Program-made: the position numbers and the translations under genes
In this document: piece by piece, positions 62,001 to 64,000 of the stretch
Position numbering within the stretch: position 1 is the stretch's first letter
Layout of the letters: every line of letters starts with the position of its first letter
Notes under the pieces: generated by a model
Databases searched by the model: none
What the model saw: the letters and a program-made list of their open reading frames with translations, nothing else
What the model was told of the DNA's origin: nothing
Source: the human T2T-CHM13v2.0 reference genome, Homo sapiens
Reading direction: 5' to 3' (one strand)
Assembly (NCBI RefSeq): GCF_009914755.1
Contig: NC_060946.1
Length of the DNA: 64,000 nucleotides

Positions 62001-62611
62001 CAACACTGTCCCCTTCCTTCCACCTTGGAGTGATGTTAGAAATAGGTCATCATCTCCACTCAAGCACTTAGTTCTTTCCATTATCTTCCCATCTTCTTTT
62101 CTGGGAGAAAGAAGCCCAAGGGCCCTGTGACTTCAACTCCACCCACTTTCTGATGACTCTGAAACCCCAAGCCCCAACCTTAGCCTCTCTCCTGGGTCCA
62201 GACTGACATATCCAGCTGCTCCCTGAGCTTTTCTTCTTAGTTGAAGAATTCAACTCACAGTCACCCGCATGCAATCTGAAGCCCATGAGCCCTTTCTCAG
62301 CCCTGCCTCCTCTCATGTATCTTCTATTTCTGTAAAGCCGTCACCACCTACTCAGTCTCCCAAGCCAGAAATCCAGTGGCATCCCAGAGTCCTCCTCTCC
62401 CTTAGCTTCCAAGATTGGTCAAGAAATCCTGCCTGTTTGCTTCCTGAATTTCTCTAAAATATATCCTCACCTCTTCTTAGCCTAGGCCCTATCATCTCTT
62501 GACTGGAGGCCTGCGCTCATCTTCCTGCAGTTTTTCTGCCGACTTTAGCCTTGCAATCTATCTTCACATTCTGATCTCTGATACAGAGCTCTGTCGCTCT
62601 CTCGCTCTCTC

Positions 62612-62903
62612 TTAATTAGAGACAGAGTCTCTCTCTGTTGTCCAGGCTGTAGTACAGTGGTACAATCAGAGCTCACTACAGCCTTTAACTCCTGGGCTCA
62701 CACCCTCCTCCCGCTTCAGCCTCCTGAGTAGCTGGGACTACAGGTGCGCTTCCACCACGCCTTGCTAAGTTTTATTTTTATTTTCATAGAGACAAGGTCT
62801 CGCTTTGTTGCCCAGGCTGGTCTCAAACTCCTGGGCTCAAGCGATCGTCCACTTGGGCCTCCCAAAGTGCTGGGATTACAGGCATGAGCCATCGCACCCA
62901 GCC
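62612..62903 (-). mobile_element. AluJ
   Basis: Full dimer; tail replaced by a (CT)-rich tract; TSD-like cagagctct. Confidence 0.88.
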
Positions 62904-63179
62904 AGAGCTCTTTCTGAACTCTAATTCTTACTGTTACTTCCCTGCTCAAAATCCTTTAAGGGCTCCCCCTACATTTCAAGATATTCACAGTCTACATTCC
63001 AGCCACCTGGAGGCATTTCATTCCCAGAACACACCACACCTCCTCAGAGCTGAAGGAGGAAGTCCATTGCCATCTGACTTGGCCTCAGTAACTCCTTTCG
63101 TTGCCAAGGCAAGTGGTCTCTCCTCTACATATGGATGCCTTTTCTATCTATTTCTGCTTTCTTCTTTATCATCACACTT

Positions 63180-63900
63180 CTATCAGTTAAGATATTTTCA
63201 GGAGCAAGAAACATAAACTAAAAATGGCTTAAACAATAACAAAGACTTGTAATTTCTCAAAGTCCAGAAGTAGGAAGGCTCCTGGGTATCATCTAATTCA
63301 GCGGTTCAGTGACATTATCAGAGTTCTTTCCATCTTTTGCTCTGCTATCCTTATTTAGAATTATTGTTCTAGTCTATATCAAAGACTTAAAAAAAATTTT
63401 TTTTTTGAGAGAGGCTTGCTCTGTTGCCCAGGCTGGAGTCCAGTGGCAAGATCACGGTTCACTGCAACCTTGCCTCCTGGGTTCAAGCAATTCTCCTGCC
63501 TCAGCCTCCCGAGTAGCTGGGATTACAGGCATGTGCCACCAGGCCCGGCTCCTTTTTGTATTTTTAGTAGAGATGGCATTTCACCATGATGGACAGGCTG
63601 GTCTCGAACTCCTGGCCTCAAGTGATCTATGTGCCTTGGCCTCTCAAAGTGCTGGGATTACAGGCGCGAGCCACCACACCTGGCCTCAGACTTTCAAAAC
63701 ATTCTCAGTGGCGGTGTCAAATATTTTGTCTTTTAATGGTGAATCTCATTTTTTGAGAAACCAGAAGCCACATACAGTCAAGTCTGGTGAGTAATATGAG
63801 TAACTGAGGTAGACAATAACATTTGGGGTCACAGTCAAAGTCAGGCCACAGAGTAACAAGACAGAACTTTTGGTTTTGTTTGGGATCTGGCTTTAAAAGC
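63180..63900. mobile_element. Probable MLT1 (MaLR) LTR fragment interrupted by an Alu
   Basis: tatcagttaagat...aactaaaatggcttaaacaata resembles an old MLT1 terminus; right boundary uncertain. Confidence 0.45.
63397..63685 (-). mobile_element. Alu (J/S)
   Basis: Full dimer on the minus strand. Confidence 0.9.
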
Positions 63901-64000
63901 AAGTTTAGAAAAGGCATCCCAAGTATCTTGGGTTCCAGCCAAATATCTGTGAAATACACAGCATGTGAACACAAAGAGTTACTGTTTCCAAAGCTGGCCC

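Overview
Primate (very likely human, chr22q13.1) genomic DNA, almost entirely non-coding and repeat-rich. The only recognisable protein-coding sequence is a 78-nt exon segment at 56098-56175 (+) encoding MEAVAKFDFTASGEDELSFHTGDVLK, the start of the N-terminal SH3 domain of GRAP2 (GADS/Mona). It is too short for the supplied ORF track. The window covers the 5' end of GRAP2: a non-coding first exon ending at 10318 behind an ETS/RUNX promoter, a 45.8-kb first intron with a second candidate promoter/first exon (~35.6-35.84 kb), GATA/E-box motifs just upstream of the coding exon, and the start of intron 2. At ~2.3-2.9 kb there is a CpG-rich bidirectional promoter with back-to-back splice donors. 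The minus-strand unit is assigned to ENTHD1 from recalled gene order only. The rest is about 27 Alu pieces, L2, MIR, L3/CR1, an inverted L1PA2 fragment, hAT-type MERs, a (CA)n tract and a 23-bp tandem repeat. Nearly all supplied ORFs are Alu-derived or spurious. I found no new gene or multi-gene system. The best second-look items are RNA-level: a recursive-splice-like AG|GT site fused to a U1-mimic hairpin (19842-19876), and out-of-frame overlapping uORFs that depend on which first exon is used. Repeat boundaries and subfamily calls are by eye and approximate.
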